From Lophium mytilinum (Eukaryota): a stretch of 64,000 nt of DNA. The first letter of the stretch is position 1. The number at the start of each line of letters is the position of its first letter. The stretch is from positions 1,185,520 through 1,249,519 of the forward strand of contig MU004193.1 in NCBI GenBank assembly GCA_010093605.1. Direction: 5' to 3'. Of this stretch, positions 1-11,960 are shown in pieces. Both the position numbers and the translations under genes were made by a program. The notes beneath the pieces are model-generated. The model ran no database searches and had not been told where the DNA came from. It saw only the letters and a program-made list of their open reading frames with translations.

Positions 1-1094
1 ATCAAGTTATGATCCTCATGGGCGATCGTGGCATCCCAGATGGCTACCGCTTCATGCACGGATACTACGGACACACGATGAAGCTGGTCAACAAGTCTGG
101 CGAGTGGGTGTACTGCCAGATGCACTTCAAGTCGAAGCAAGGGACCAAGTTCATCACTCAGGCCGACTCGGCAAGCAAGTCTCCCGACCACTCTCAAAAG
201 GACCTCTTCTTTGCTATCGAGAATGGTGATTTCCCTTCCTGGGACGTCGAGGTGCAGACAATGACAGCAAAGGAGGCCGAGGAGCTCTGGGAGAAGCAGA
301 AGATCAATGTATTCGATCTGACCCACGTCTGGCCGCAGAAGCAGTTCCCTCGCCGCAAGGTTGGAGAGTTTACGCTCAATGAGAACGCCAAGAACTACTT
401 CGCCGAGATCGAGCAGGTTACATTCAACCCATCGCATTTGGTGCCGGGTATTGAGCCATCAGCGGATCCAGTGCTGCAGTCGCGGCTGTTCAGTTACCCC
501 GACACCCACCGCCACCGCGTTGGCCCCAACTACCAGCAACTTCCAGTCAACGCACCTCGCGTACCCTACCGCATGGCCAACTTCCAGCGCGATGGAGCCA
601 TGTCTTTCTACAATCAGGGCTCCCGGCCAAACTACCTGTCCTCAATTGAGCCCATCTCTTTCCGCAACCGGACGGTTGATCTCAATAAGACCCACGGTAG
701 CTTCACCGGCGACGCTGTGACGTTCCTATCGGAGATCCGACCCGAGGATTTCAACGGCCCGCGAGCGCTGTGGGAGAAGGTGTTTGATGACGGTGCGAAA
801 GAGCGTTTCGTTGGCAATGTGTCGGGCCACATGGCGAACTGCACGGACAAGGAGATCATCAAGCGCCAGATTGGTATCTTCCGCGAAGTGTCAGATGACC
901 TAGCGACTCGCTTGGAGAAGGCGACGGGCGTCAAGGGGTATCCGGGCATTGCGAACTTGAAGTTCAACGGGACGCACAACGGTATGGCGAGTGACAGCAG
1001 CTTGAGGGCTGCGAATGGTATCAAGGATGTTGTCCATAATGACAACCCGAATGGCGCGCCCATTAGCGGGACTCACAAGGGTATCACTGCCTAA
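1..1094 (+). CDS. Monofunctional heme catalase, small-subunit type (5'-partial, begins upstream of window)
   Basis: ORF has catalase motifs DRGIPDGYRFMHGY, NYFAEIEQVTFNPSHLVPGIEPSADPVLQSRLFSYPDTHRHR (proximal heme-ligand Tyr signature) and NYQQLPVN. Frame is open to the window start. Confidence 0.95.
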   Translation, partial: QVMILMGDRGIPDGYRFMHGYYGHTMKLVNKSGEWVYCQMHFKSKQGTKFITQADSASKSPDHSQKDLFFAIENGDFPSWDVEVQTMTAKEAEELWEKQKINVFDLTHVWPQKQFPRRKVGEFTLNENAKNYFAEIEQVTFNPSHLVPGIEPSADPVLQSRLFSYPDTHRHRVGPNYQQLPVNAPRVPYRMANFQRDGAMSFYNQGSRPNYLSSIEPISFRNRTVDLNKTHGSFTGDAVTFLSEIRPEDFNGPRALWEKVFDDGAKERFVGNVSGHMANCTDKEIIKRQIGIFREVSDDLATRLEKATGVKGYPGIANLKFNGTHNGMASDSSLRAANGIKDVVHNDNPNGAPISGTHKGITA

Positions 1095-2154
1095 AGGTGG
1101 CATAGATTTGGCCTTTAAAAGGGAAGCTGGAAGTGCAATGACTAGATGATGACTGTATTTATAACGAAAAGGAAATGGTATACCAGGATGAATACATCTC
1201 GTAGTGAATGTCGAACAATATCATAGAACAATTTCATACCCAGACCAAGTTGAAGAGCACTCCCTACCAATTATGCCTGGTTACAATGCTGTGCCACCGC
1301 TGTACACTTCCACACCTTGACACACGCTTGAGGAGGATGTAGCGATTAGCTAGTCACATCCGCCTTGCAGCTAATCTCATTCAGCTAGTAGGGTTACAAA
1401 GGGTGGTTCAAAGTTCAATGAGGAGCTCTTCGCCTGGGCAGGCTAAATGGTGACACTGGATAGCGTAACGGAAGGTGACAGCGGTGACTGGCTGGAGCCT
1501 CATGGTGCAGGCGCCGGGAAAGAGGAGCTTTCAGTCGGGATGGGAAAGCCGAACGCTAACCTCCTTCTAATCAGTCATCACGTGCAGATCTGTAATTGCT
1601 TTCGCGCGCTCTCTTGCACCGTCATTGCCATCCAAGCGACGTCTCCAGCTCCCCTATTTCTGTCGCCCACAACGTCCACCACGAGCCATAATCACCCTCT
1701 GATGTTCCCGCTTCGTGTCTCTCTGGCAGGTAGCCCCCTCTCCCACCAACATCGCCTCCCTCTAGCCCCATCGCCATGAGTTTGCCGCCCTTGGTAGAGA
1801 TGGTGGTCTGTGCGGAAGGAAGCAGCCCACCGTAGTCTACGGCGGGCGGCACCGGCTTTTGTGTCGCGTCTTTTCGCACCAATACTCGAGTTGCTTCTCC
1901 TCACCACCATTGACCCCCCATACACGACACCCACACCGAAGCCCAGCCCGTACCATGCTTCTCGCCTTTCACTTCGCCTACGTCCGTCGTCCAATCTCTC
2001 CAGCCTGCGCCCTTTGAAGCTTGCCGAAGCTTTTGACCCGCCCGCTCCGTGCTGGTGAGCCCACTCTCCATTCCCCCCAGCCCGCGCCTTTGGAGCTGTA
2101 CAGGCGACTGACATCACCTTGTAACCATTAGACTAGCACTACTACCTCTTCAAC

Positions 2155-4261
2155 ATGTCTCCCCGGCGTTCTTCGCGCGCGAGAACCACTCAGCCACGCC
2201 AGAGCGACCCGCCCGCTAACAGCACCTCCACCTCCTCTGTATCATCCGGCCGCACCGACCGGGCCACCAGGTCCAACATCAAGCAATCCTCACCCCAGAA
2301 ATCCTCCACGCCCCATTCCCTTTCGTCTGAAGAGGTTGAAGAGCCCATCGCCGACCCGCCCGTTGAGCCGCCACAGACCCGCCGACGGGCACGCGAACAG
2401 GACAATGACGAAGACGACTCCGCTAAACTCGACGACGAGCTCGACGACGATATCGCCGAAGAGGAGGAGATAACCAGATGCGTGTGCGGACAGCAGGATT
2501 ATCCAGGTCCCCCATCCGACGCCGGTAAGTCCAGAGACGGCCAATCTTCCGGGTTGGCTGACTCTGAGACTCTGGCAGAAGACGCGGGCGGCCTGTTCAT
2601 TCAATGCGACGTCTGCAAGGTCTGGCAGCATGGCGGCTGTGTGGGCATCATGGATGAGGCCGCCAGCCCAGAGGAGTATTTTTGCGAAGACTGCCGCAAG
2701 GATCTACACAAGCTCATGACGAGTCCAAAAGGGTACGTGCAGTCATTACTATGTCTCTTGAATTTCACACCCTCGAATATGATCATCGATTGTGGAGGCA
2801 GCTCTGGGCGCAGCTAAAGGAGCGCGACACGGCCCTCACTGCCACGTTGATGCCAGCGCATGCTTCTCCACAATATATGAACGCTTCCCCAGCATCGCGC
2901 AACTTCAGAATTATCGCTAATGGACTGGATTCATAGGCAACGGTATTCCCGCTATCTACCCGTCTCCGGTTACAATCCCTCCAAGGGCTCCAGGAAGTCG
3001 TCCGTTTCGAAAGACCCGGAACCGAAAGGCTCCAGAGACAAGGAAAAGTCTTCCAGAGCAAGCGCCGAGTCGTTCACGAAGCGACGATCTACAATGAACA
3101 GCCGAGCAGCCTGGGACGAGGATGAAGTGTTGCGGAAGGTGCTGGAAGCAAGCAAAGGAGAGGGCTCCGTTGAAGGCGGGAACCGAAAGAAGAGGAGTCG
3201 CGACGATAGCGAAGAGTAAGTACCCGAAATTGCACTCCGAACGTTTTGGGTCGTGACAGCTGCTGACCCCACATTGCAGCATCAAGCAAGAACCGAAACG
3301 TCAACGCACTGGATCGCGCTCACCAACCACCTCCCCCACCCTAGAATCCGACGACGAGGGCCCCGCGTCGAAAAATACAGCCAATGGTAGACAAAAGCCA
3401 CGGGGAGCAGCAGCGCGAAGCCAGCGCGAGAAGGAACTCCGAGAGAAAGAGAAAGAGCGCGAGCGCGCTGAAGCAGCCGGAAGACGCAAAGGTCGCATAG
3501 AAAGGCGACGAGCAGATGGTACGTCCACCCCGTTTGCTCACTTCAACTCTCAAGCTTTCTGACGCAACCCCACAGAGCTTGAAACCGCAGAACAAACTCC
3601 CATTGACGACAGCGCCGCACCCCCCTCAGCCTCTGAATCAGTAGCCCCCGATACCCCCTCCATCGCTCCCCAACCCGCACCTACACACAAAAAGTCCGGT
3701 CGACCACCACAGAAACGCGTCTCCCGACTGGGCCGCAACCAATACACCCGCGATCGCGACAGCAACATCGCAGCAGCGAACAACGGCGCATCCCCCAGCC
3801 GCACAAACAACGACAACTCACCGCGCTCGCCCCAGACATCCGCCGTTAACGGGACCAGCGGCACCAACGGTCACGACAGCTCAGACGGCGCGATCGGCGG
3901 CGGAGGCAGCGTCACAAAGCACCCCAAAGCGAAGAACTGGCGGCTAGAGAAGATGAGCTGGAATGATATACGGCGGCCGGCGGGCGTGATGCAGAACTAC
4001 ATCTCGCAGCGGCAGGTCGAACTGGCGGGCGTGAATGGGGAGAAGAGCCCTTTACGACCCGTGGTCCTAGAGGTCAACGGCACTAGGACCGGCGGGGAGA
4101 AGGAGCGGGATAAGGAAATGCGGGAGGTGGATATGAGGGGAGGCGAGGAGGGTGGAGTGGATGGGTTCAAGCGGCTGAGTACGTTGCAGATGATGGATGA
4201 TCTGAGTAGGGAGCTTGTGCTGTGGCAGCGGATGGTGCAGGAGAGTCAGGCGGAGAAGTGA
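2155..4261 (+). CDS. CTI6: Cti6-like PHD-finger protein (Rpd3L histone deacetylase complex subunit), multi-exon
   Basis: PHD finger TRCVCG...FIQCDVCKVWQHGGCVG...YFCEDC; conserved RRSTMNSRAAWDEDEVLRKVLEASK; C-terminal MSWNDIRRPAGVMQNYISQRQVE. GT..AG introns near 2733-2936, 3216-3279 and 3519-3575 (approximate). Confidence 0.85.
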
Positions 4262-4696
4262 CGGGAGGAGGGATAATCATATTGGCGGCGTTTGGGGACG
4301 GCTTTTTGCCTCGACGTGGAATCTACGCGGGCATTTTGAGGTCACTGGCACACCTCAAGAGGGGATACCCTGGACTCTGGATTGAGGGCGGGTTCGTGTA
4401 CAAAGATTTTACCTATTGGGAGAAAAATCCTACTCTAAAACGGCCTTCTTCGTGCGTGCTTTTACGACAATAATTGTTGGAAAATGGGGTGAAAGCAACG
4501 TCAAGAAGGGGCATACCCTCTACGCAGTTTCAAGCAACAAAAGCGGCAGAATCCCTGGCTGACCCAAGATACTAAACCCGCAGCTCAGAACTCCCGAACT
4601 CCTACCCAATATATGCGCCACTTTCCCCACTGAATCACCGCCATCTCATTCCCTCTCCCTCTTCCTCTCCCTATCTCCCTCCTCCTCTCTCCCCAT

Positions 4697-5444
4697 CTAC
4701 ACCGGCCCCAGCCCCTCATGCGCTCCCGCCGGCATAACCACCTGTACCGCATCCCCCGCTCTCACGCTCCCGCCCGCTACCACGACGCCCATCACACCCG
4801 CCCGCCGCACTACCTGTCCGTTGCTCGCTTGGTAGTACACCTGCTGCAACAAACCGGGCTTGAAACGCTCGATGCCTGGGCCGGGCTGCCGTAGCCCCGT
4901 GATTTCTACAACTGCGCCGCTGGAGAAATGTAGCCGCGTGCCGCGCGGGAGGGAGATGAGGTCGAGGCCGTAGGTGGTGATGTTTTCGCCGAGTTGGCCT
5001 GGGAGGTGGGTTAAAGTCTATGATTGGGAGAAAGAGAGGGAGGACGGAGAGGTCTAGGAGAGGTATAGGAGCTTGAAGCCAGGGGGGGGTACACTCCAAG
5101 AACAAGAACGAAGAGGGTTGTGGATATTAGCTAAACACGGAAGGGGAAATCATGAACTAGAGATGCCGTGTAAGAGAGGACGCAGCCTCCAACCACTCAC
5201 CATACCCAACCTCAAACCCCCTCCCCTTAAGCTCGTAGAGCAGCTCGTACGGTATCAGATGCACCTGGCGCAGATTCGGCGAGCTGGGATCATGCGCCGC
5301 GAGGGAGGTGTGCTTGACCGTCGCGCCGGCGTGGGCGTCGTTTTGCACGCCCAGCCCCGCGATGAGGGTGATGGTGCCGACGACGGATTTGCTGAAGGCG
5401 TGGCTGGGGGCTTGGCTGACAGCGGTGACGGAGGGGGTGGTCAT
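4697..5444 (-). CDS. MOSC-domain protein, two exons (5444-5201, 4998-4697)
   Basis: Spliced product: HAFSK...GLGVQNDAHAGATVKH...PNLRQVHLI...G|QLGENITTYGLDLISLPRGTRL...VVEITGLRQP...RRAGVMGVVVAGGSVRAGD. Intron GTGAGT...CAG (5200-4999) joins in frame; TAG at 4699-4697. Confidence 0.85.
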
Positions 5445-5745
5445 GATGCTTTATGGGGAAGGGAGGGAGGGCGTAGAGGTGGGTTGAAGAGGGGGATAAT
5501 GAGAGAGAACCTTAGGATAGCGGGGCAAGTCCGAGGTGAGGTGCGGGGCAGATGGCATACTCAAATAGAGTAGAGATGCAGTAGGGTGTTTGGTAGTAGC
5601 TTTTTGGGGGGAGGGTGTGTGGGTGCCTTCTAACGCTGGATAACAGGCTAGCCGTGCAAAGAGGGTAGAGCTATGGGGAGTCGAAAACACCAAAGCGGGG
5701 TTGCTGCGCCATATCCGGGCTGCCACGTTGCAGACGGTACGTACC

Positions 5746-5773
5746 GTGGTGTGGTGTGGTGTGGTGTGGTGTG
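5746..5773. repeat. (GTGGT)n pentanucleotide microsatellite
   Basis: gtggtgtggtgtggtgtggtgtggtgtg seen directly. Confidence 0.85.
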
Positions 5774-7518
5774 AAAATGGAGCGACAGGCACCGTTGATT
5801 TACTGGTAAAAGAGATGGTGTGAGTGGATACCGAGTTATGGAGGCGGCAGGAGCGCTAGAACGTTGAATAAGATGCATGGTTGGCGGTCCTTCATGTTGT
5901 TGTTTGAAAGAATGTCGGTACACTGTGCAATGAAGAGGTCGAAGTACGGAAGACAAGGGCGAAGGATGTAGAGCATATATGATTGATAAAGCTAGCCGGA
6001 CTATGTGGTCAGTCCGAGCATGATGGTGTACAGCAGGGCCGGGGTTTAGATATAGGCAGCGTGGTAGGGCGGTACAAGAACATCCTGCAGGGGATTGGCC
6101 ACGAGGTGTATACAGGCTGTGCGACGAACGACGTTCTGGTAACACATTGGGAGGCATCTTGAGTACGTTGAAGACAACATGGAATGTAATTGGAAACGTA
6201 ATCGGCGCATATTATGATGCGAGCTTGAGAGGGTAATGATAGTTGGTGTAATAAAAAGAGAGGATGGCCGTAAGGTTGGTGGATTTGCAGATGCAATCGA
6301 GTGGGCATTCGGCACATGTTTAAGACGAACTTTTCCACCTCGAACGCACTCGCGGACGTTGATTCCTCATGCGAGAACAACTCCTCATGTTTGCTAATCA
6401 GCAAAGTCCTGGATCACACTAAGCAACGATCAAGTCAGGCACGGGATCTCCAATCGAAAAGGTAAGCGTCCAAAGACGCAAAGTGGCGATTAAAACAGTC
6501 TGATTTCCGACCTCACAACCAGCCCCCCACCGCAAGCTATGCATCAGCAAAATAAGCAGATGGCCATCCAGGTCGTAACGCATCCACAGCGTGGTAAATC
6601 GTCAACAAAAGGGCTGTATATACATGCGGATTAAATGCTGCTAGCAGTACCGAAATAGACCATGGTGCACTCCACTGGAAGATAAAGTCCTGCGAAGTGT
6701 ATGGAAAACGAGAGAGAAGAAGTGAAAGCGAAAATTTTGGGTAGGACTTTTTGGCCAAGACATCCGGACACGGGACCGTTCCGTAGGATCTGGAAGATTG
6801 CAGGTCCACCAAGGGGGGAGTCCAGTGGAATATGGAGAAGATGTTTCATGAGGAGGATGGGGTGTTAGAGCCTTGGTTGGATCCTGGTCCTGTGGAGAAA
6901 TAATAAAGTCCGGAATGGAGACGGCAGAACATGACAAAAAGGAAAACCGCGCGGCATGGATCCATTAAGTCGTATAGCCCCAGACACCAGCACCAGGAAC
7001 AAGACTTAAGCACATCCCAGGCAGATTCAAGGGCAGCCACAATTACAAAGAAAACATCGCCCGGAATCCATCCAGAAGGTTTGACCGCTCATCCGGTCTC
7101 TTTTCGGTACTCACGTATTACCGGGAAGATCCCTAAGAAAGAGGAGAAACGAGGTGAATGGCTCGGCAATCAAACGGGTACTCCAGCACAAAACGCTCCG
7201 GCGAAAACGTGTTTAGGGTATCTCCAGGTGGTGCACAGACCAATGGAAGACGACTGCTGGCGGTGACGGAACAGAAATAGTGGCCACGGAAATCTACAAC
7301 GCCAGGGGCGGAAGCATGAAAAATTGCACACGAAGGGCATAAAACGGCCGCTACTAACCACGGCGGCGTCCGTGATTAGCGGGCTGCGGTGGCGGATTTG
7401 GGTACTCTGGTGCGGGATTTTCGTCAGTGACTGGGCGCCCACCTGACTAAACACGAAAATACTCACGGCGTCCGTCTGAAGCTTGGTAGTACCCAGCAGG
7501 GGGAGCACTATACTGGCC

Positions 7519-8364
7519 TTAGCGATATACCAAAGATGACCGGTTGTAGAATCCATAATACCTTGGTTGCGAGGGAACCTGATAGGGTTGTTGTGTTGGA
7601 GGAGCTGGGTTTGCCTGCTGTGGGTATGTGTACCTTGGGTCTTGATGCTGCGCATATTGGGCATGCTGGTTCTGTGAAGCACTCTGCTGAGTGTATGTAT
7701 ATTCAGGCGCTGTCCTGATCTGTCCTTGGGGCTGGTTGTAGGCCGGCTGCTGGTATGATTGACCTGCTGGGGCAGCATATCCGGCCTGTGGCTGTGACTG
7801 GGCATACGTATAAGCAGGTTCCGGCTGTTGGTACTGCTGATGTGTTGGTTGGGGGGCATAGGCAGGTCTTGGGGGCTGCTGGTAGGGAACGGCAGCCGGA
7901 GAGGGCGCCGGGTCACTTGGTCCATAGTACTGCCTAGACTGATGGGTTCTAGAGTCCTGATATGAAACTAAAGCTTTGTCAGGGTGTTTTGAGTGCTTTG
8001 CATCTCGCGCATGCGGACTACCTCGTCCTTGTGAGACCTCAGTGCGCCACCGCTGCGAGTCCAACTTCAAGTCGGCCACCATTTGCTGTGGTCGTGGTCA
8101 GCGATGAAAAGTCAACCAGAACGGCATACGTACACTTGTTAAATTGCGGTAGGCCGTAATCCAATAGCCTTGCACACCCTGCTGGAGGTTAGAAGCCATG
8201 GTGGAGTGGATGGGGCGTCCAGGTGGTAGGCAAACCTGATATTCGCCATTGCCTTCGCCAGGCCTCACCAAAGCGTCGTTACCCAGGTAGCGCTGGATGT
8301 CGGCGGTGATGACCTCTCTGGCGATGCCTTCTCCGGGCTGGAACCACTGCCGAGTTACAGACAT
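7519..8364 (-). CDS. RfeG-like fungal regulator with Q/Y/P-rich C-terminus, multi-exon (3' end uncertain; may extend by micro-exons to ~7350)
   Basis: N-terminal QWFQPGEGIAREVITADIQRYLGNDALVRPG...GYWITAYRNLT...MVADLKLDSQRW resembles proteins annotated RfeG in filamentous fungi. A low-complexity QPAY-rich tail follows. Confidence 0.7.
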
Positions 8365-9981
8365 GGTGGAAGAGATGTGATGGATGATGAAAGGTGAGAG
8401 AGGGAAAGGAAGGTACTGGAGGCAGTACGGGAAAAAGCCACGGACACGAGCAGCAAGAGATAGCGGAAGGATTCAGGTCCCGCGATAACGGTCACGGAAG
8501 ACGGGTCGAGAGAGAATCGGCAGTGCTGGGCTCGGTCGGTGGGGTGGTGGGAGGCAGAGGGGGCAGCGGCAGGTGGGAGAGATTCCAGAAGAGAGCAGAC
8601 GCAGCAGGCAGCGAGGTGCGGGGATTCTCAATATACCGGCAGTATGGCAAGCTGGCAAGCCGCAGGACGAGGGTCGATGTGGAGGGAGGCGTGATCAGTG
8701 GCGGCAGGCCGTTCTGGGAAGCCGAGGGACCAGGGAGCGCTTCAGCTGTGATGAATAGGACCAGGAGGGGGGCCGGCTGAGGCTGCTGCAGGTCGCCAAA
8801 GAGGGAGCGGATGGTGGAAGACGGCTGGAGAGGTGAAGGTACACGCTGCGGCTCTGTGGGCGGGGTGGGCGTGCTTAAGAGGGCTGGCGGACACAGACGG
8901 CAGCGATTGGAGCGCGGGAGCTGCACGCAATGCACTCGGGCAGCAGAACGGACGCCGTGTTAGGCCTGCAGAGTGTGTCAAGCTGCTGCTGTTCGCGCCG
9001 TTTCTGGGGTTGCGGCGGTGCAGGTGGCGGGATGCGGGATGAGATCGATGGAGCCTGAATCTCAAGAGCTTTAAGGTGATGGAGAGAACGGGATGGCTCA
9101 GGGCTCACACGGGGTGCAGGAAGTGGCAGAAGGGGCAGGAAAGGGCAGAAAAGCCAGCGAAGACGTCAGCGTCCTTTTGTTCTGTCTGCTTGTCTTTCGG
9201 GGAGCAAGTCCCGCTACTCTGTGGTGGGTACCTCCCACGGCCTGCGCGAGTGCCGTCGGGTTGAAATTGGGCAGCGACGGCCCAAGACAGACACCGCCAT
9301 AGACCCACATCAGTATCACCACCACGCCGACCCAGCCTACGAGGCGTGACAGCCAGTGCCGCGCTTTTCTCCACGTAAAAGCTAGCACTGTGCTGGGAAC
9401 ATCTGGGACCATCTGTGACCCTCTGCTCCGCTTGCTTATGTTCAAGTTGGCCCATCTCACCGTTCCTCATACACAGGGGAGACCATACCGCCAGATGCTC
9501 GGACAGAACTCCTTACGCTACCGCCCTATCCTACACTCAACGCCTCACCGTTCATCACTCAGACGTCGCCTCCGGCCGGCCCAGTCGAGCCAGCTCAGCG
9601 GCCGCTTGGGCATTGCTGCATGTGAGCGCGACAATTGTTTTATAAACGGTATCCCGCCATTCGCACGGCGCTGCTAGCACCACCGCAGCCTCGACAGTCT
9701 ATCGGCATCATCCCAGCCTGAGGCAGACACACGGCTGCGACAGCGCTGCAGCTCACGCAGGCCAAGCAAACCAGGCTCCTCGGTGCATCCTCGAGGCTGC
9801 TGCCGCCCGTCAGGCACCGCGGGGAGCACGTGTTCGCCGTAGCACTGCGGATACTAACTGCACGAAGCCGCAGAAGCCGCATCGCAGACTGCACAGACAT
9901 GCACCCACGCCCAAGCCTACGCAGCACTGCTCCCGACCTCCTGCGACATCCCGGCGTTGCTCCCGTCAACATGCATCCAGA

Positions 9982-11098
9982 TTACAGCTTTGCGCCTGCA
10001 GCCGTCTTCGCCTCGACCTTTGTGACCCTGAAGCCTGTCCTGGGGGCGTGAATCCGGATCTCCTGGCCCCCCTCCCTGCTCCGGGAGGCCACCGCTACCT
10101 CGTCCTGCGTGAGCGTCACCAGAGGGCCCCTGTCGCGGTTGAGGAACCCCGAATCCGTGGGGTATACTTCAACCTCGACGCCCTCCGTGAGACCGAGCGG
10201 ATCGTTTGCGTCGACGCTGCTAGGTTCTGCAAAGTCTGCCTCCAGGATCAACTTGGCGGCTTCGGGCCCCTTCAGCGTAACCGGCTTGGGCACCGCTGCT
10301 TTGGCTGCCTTGACCGCTGCACGCCATCGCGCGATCCACGAAAAGACTCGCGGGAATTGCTCTGCAGAGACGACGTTGGGTGGTAGCGAGCCTTTCATGT
10401 CCGCAAGCCAGTCAAATGGCCAGATTGCTAACAACAGATATGAGTAACGGGGCTTTTAGGAGCTGAAGCGTGCAGCCACCCACCTTCAATATCAGCCAAG
10501 GATGGCTTATCGGTCTTGAGGATCCAATCCCTCCCATCGGCTAAGAGCGTTGTTTCAAGGAACTCGAAGGCCGACCTCATGTACGCGATCGATTCCGGCC
10601 TTCCCTTTTCCATGGCTGCCTTGTCCCAGGGTCTACCTGAGAACTGCGTGCGGTCTTTCATGAAGGTGGGATCGTTCATTGTCGGGAACGACGTTGGAAT
10701 CAACGATGCCGCACGTGAGAACACCGGTCCCTCAATCATCCACTTCTCCAACAGCCGTTCAATCGCTTTCTGCTCCGGTCCTGTGGCACCAAGAGCACCA
10801 TCGGGGAACATCTCCTCCAGCTTCCTCAGTATCAGGCGCGTGTCGCAGTAGACGTCTCGCCCGATGGCCATGACCGGTATGCGACGGTACTTGACTCCGA
10901 GCGCGTCGAGGTCTGCACGTGGCATGACGGGTGGTTGCAGCTGCTGCGTATCAGACTGCATGCCTCCCCAGCATGAGGGATCAAGAAGCTTACACACTGC
11001 GCATATTCAATGCCTCGTATCGCTAGATACCAGATGACTCGCCTTGCATATGGCGAAAATGGGTAGTGGAAGAGGACAATGTTGTTTGGCGCTGACAT
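9982..11098 (-). CDS. Glutathione S-transferase-like protein, 3 exons
   Basis: IVLFHYPFSPYARRVIWYL, QPPVMPRADL, YRRIPVMAIGRDVYCDTRLI (GST N-terminal fold), PSLADI...WPFDWL, and C-terminal VEVYPTDSG...IRIHAPRTGF. ATG at 11098-11096. Confidence 0.85.
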
Positions 11099-11960
11099 TT
11101 TCAGTCCTTGAATATGCACGATAGTTTACGTGACTGTGAGGGTAAGTTGACGCAGACTGTACCGCATGGTGGTTTATATGGGCGTCGTGCTTTGCGCCCT
11201 TCTTGTGCCTCGGCTTGTAGTCACCGCGGCGATCGGCTGATGGTACCTTGTTCAGGACACCCCCTCAACGTGCCCTTTAGTCTTAGTTAAGGCCCGCTTA
11301 CAGAAGGCTTGCCGTATCGTCAACATCGTCATTCAAGCTCGGGCCACTCAGCAGGCTAATCGAACTTCATCAAGTCGACTGGATGTGTATATGTTGAGCA
11401 AAGTTTCTTGATTGAAAGTAGGAAGATCTATAGAATCTTCTTACTGTGTACAGTACTTTCTCTCATATAAGGACAGTCTGTCTGGGAGACCGCTTTTGCC
11501 ATAAGATGCAGTACTTGGAGAGTCAATACACTTTTGAGACCATGACTTGGAAGGGTTTGAATACTTATACAGCCTTGGAAGTAATACTCATAGTAATTTA
11601 GCTCACTGAATGCCAATACTGGAGGCCTGTTTGGCGTGAACACGCTGTGCACCCATTCATGCCGAACTTGAACAATATTAGACCAATGTTACCATTAGCC
11701 GATAATTGACATTTTAGTCGGGCCTGGAATTTGGATCTAAATTGCTGAGTAGCAAGAGTAGAAGGAAGTTCCATATTTCAAACTTGACAATACCCATTTC
11801 GTGGAGACAAACGCGTTTCAAGCACGTGACAACCCGTAGACGCGAAGCCGATCAACTCCAACTTCATCTCTCCCCCAAACCCACCACACAACGTCCATAT
11901 ACACCCAATTGCCCCGACAATGCCTCTCCCACCTACCATCGCGTAACCTACCACCCAACC

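Noticed and set aside
8394..9970. Many overlapping short ORFs in GC-rich sequence upstream of the RfeG-like gene
   Set aside because: No recognisable domains; consistent with a long promoter/5' UTR region.
11742..11960. N-terminal extension of pol eta, or an Eso1-like Eco1 fusion
   Set aside because: The extension starts at a non-ATG codon and lacks conserved motifs. No acetyltransferase domain follows the UBZ finger.
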